DNA of 64,000 nucleotides from contig NIVC01000732.1 of the NCBI GenBank assembly GCA_002269645.1, positions 124,001 through 188,000 of the forward strand, in the 5' to 3' direction. Below are positions 63,166 through 64,000 of this stretch, piece after piece; within the stretch, counting starts at the first letter, position 1, and the number at the start of each line of letters is the position of its first letter. The DNA is from Macrostomum lignano (Eukaryota). The position numbers were made by a program, and so were the translations under genes. The notes beneath the pieces were generated by a model. It searched no databases. It saw only the letters and a list, made by a program, of their open reading frames with translations, and was not told where the DNA came from.

Positions 63166-64000
63166 GGGTCGGCAGCCTGGGGCCAGCACCGACCCGCTCA
63201 AAAGGGGCCCTCAGATCAGCGCCTTCAGTCTTCGTGAAGGTGCACTTTGGCAGCGTGTCAGCGCCTGCTCTGCTCGACACCGGCGCGCAAGTTTCGTTGA
63301 TGGACAAGTCACTGTTCGACAGATTGCTGTGCAAGATCGACTCCACCGACATCGGTGCGCTGCCGACGGCTGTCGACGGATCCCGGCTGCGCTGCCTTGG
63401 CCTGTCAGCAGCGGATGTTTCGATCGGCCAGACCATCCGCGTGCGCCATCGCTTCACAGTCGTGGACGGCATCCAGCCCAGCCTGATCATCGGCATGGAC
63501 TTCATTGGCGAGGTGTCGCAGGCGATGACCATTGACATTAAAGAAGGCGTCGTCAGGTTCGACGGCACAGCTGTGCCTTTTAGCAGCGAGCCGGCTCGAG
63601 CAGACTGTCGCCTGGTGCCGAGTGTCCTGGTGGCGCGTGTGGCGGCAACTACGGAGCTGTTCGCCCGCAGCGAGAAGCTGGTGTGGCTCAAGGTGGATTC
63701 CAGCGGCGAGCAGGGAGTCTTTGAGCCGTCTGAGGACTTCGTGAAGTCCACTGCCGTCCTGCCGGCCCGCGTGCTGGCGGTCTCGGACGACTGCCGCATC
63801 CCGGTGAAAATGTGCAACCTGGCAGAGGAGCCCGTGCTGCTGTACGCCAACAAGGCGGTCGGCACGTTCGAAGGCGCGATGACAGACGGGGACGGTCGCC
63901 AGGAGGCGGCCCAGGAGAACCCCGTCGGTTGGAACATCAACGCGGAGCTGCCCGAACCGGATGCTGCGAGGCTGCGACAGCTGCTGGAGAGCAACGAGGA
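63153..64000 (+). CDS. pol: Pol (protease onward) in the -1 frame, entered via the GGGAAAC slippery site; partial
   Basis: Open frame GKLLRVG...ALLDTGAQVSLM...LIIGMDF...LRQLLES to the window end. Absent from the ORF track because there is no stop within the window. Confidence 0.9.

Larger units (their letters stand above)
62155..64000 (+). mobile_element. young-looking Ty3/Gypsy LTR retrotransposon (5' part; runs off the window)
   Basis: 5' LTR, PBS, intact gag and an open protease-pol frame; CpG-rich with no stops. Confidence 0.95.

Noticed and set aside
63056-63994. 312-aa minus-strand ORF
   Set aside because: It is the antisense shadow of the GC-rich Gypsy pol frame.

Overview
This is eukaryotic (metazoan, invertebrate-like) genomic DNA with spliced genes and many repeats; the style is reminiscent of a flatworm such as Macrostomum, but that is inference only. 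Host genes reconstructed by hand from GT-AG splice sites: Rab8 (minus strand, 4 coding exons, 2608-12529), a PKI-like 89-aa microprotein (plus, 21193-21462), a TBC1D10/EPI64-type Rab-GAP (plus, 3 exons, 23943-25752), Blimp-1/PRDM1 (minus, 4 exons, 39607-47213) and a divergent plastin/fimbrin-like gene whose last CH domain appears replaced by a polyproline tail (plus, about 56024-60211). Mobile DNA: an apparently intact 2.97-kb Chapaev-like (RAG1/Transib-related DDE) transposon with about 120-bp CAC...GTG TIRs (16087-19055); a young-looking Gypsy LTR element starting exactly at the end of a 1.6-kb (GATA)n array, with a tRNA-Leu PBS and a -1 frameshift signal (62155 to window end); a decayed Gypsy; two mariner remnants; a MULE-type foldback element; an EnSpm/CMC-type non-autonomous element; a MITE with 8-bp TSD; and a tRNA-derived CORE-SINE. 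More than 20 mini/microsatellite arrays explain most of the long ORFs in the supplied track. TE remnants inside gene bodies show localised CpG decay, which suggests past germline methylation. No CRISPR, rRNA or intact tRNA genes were seen.
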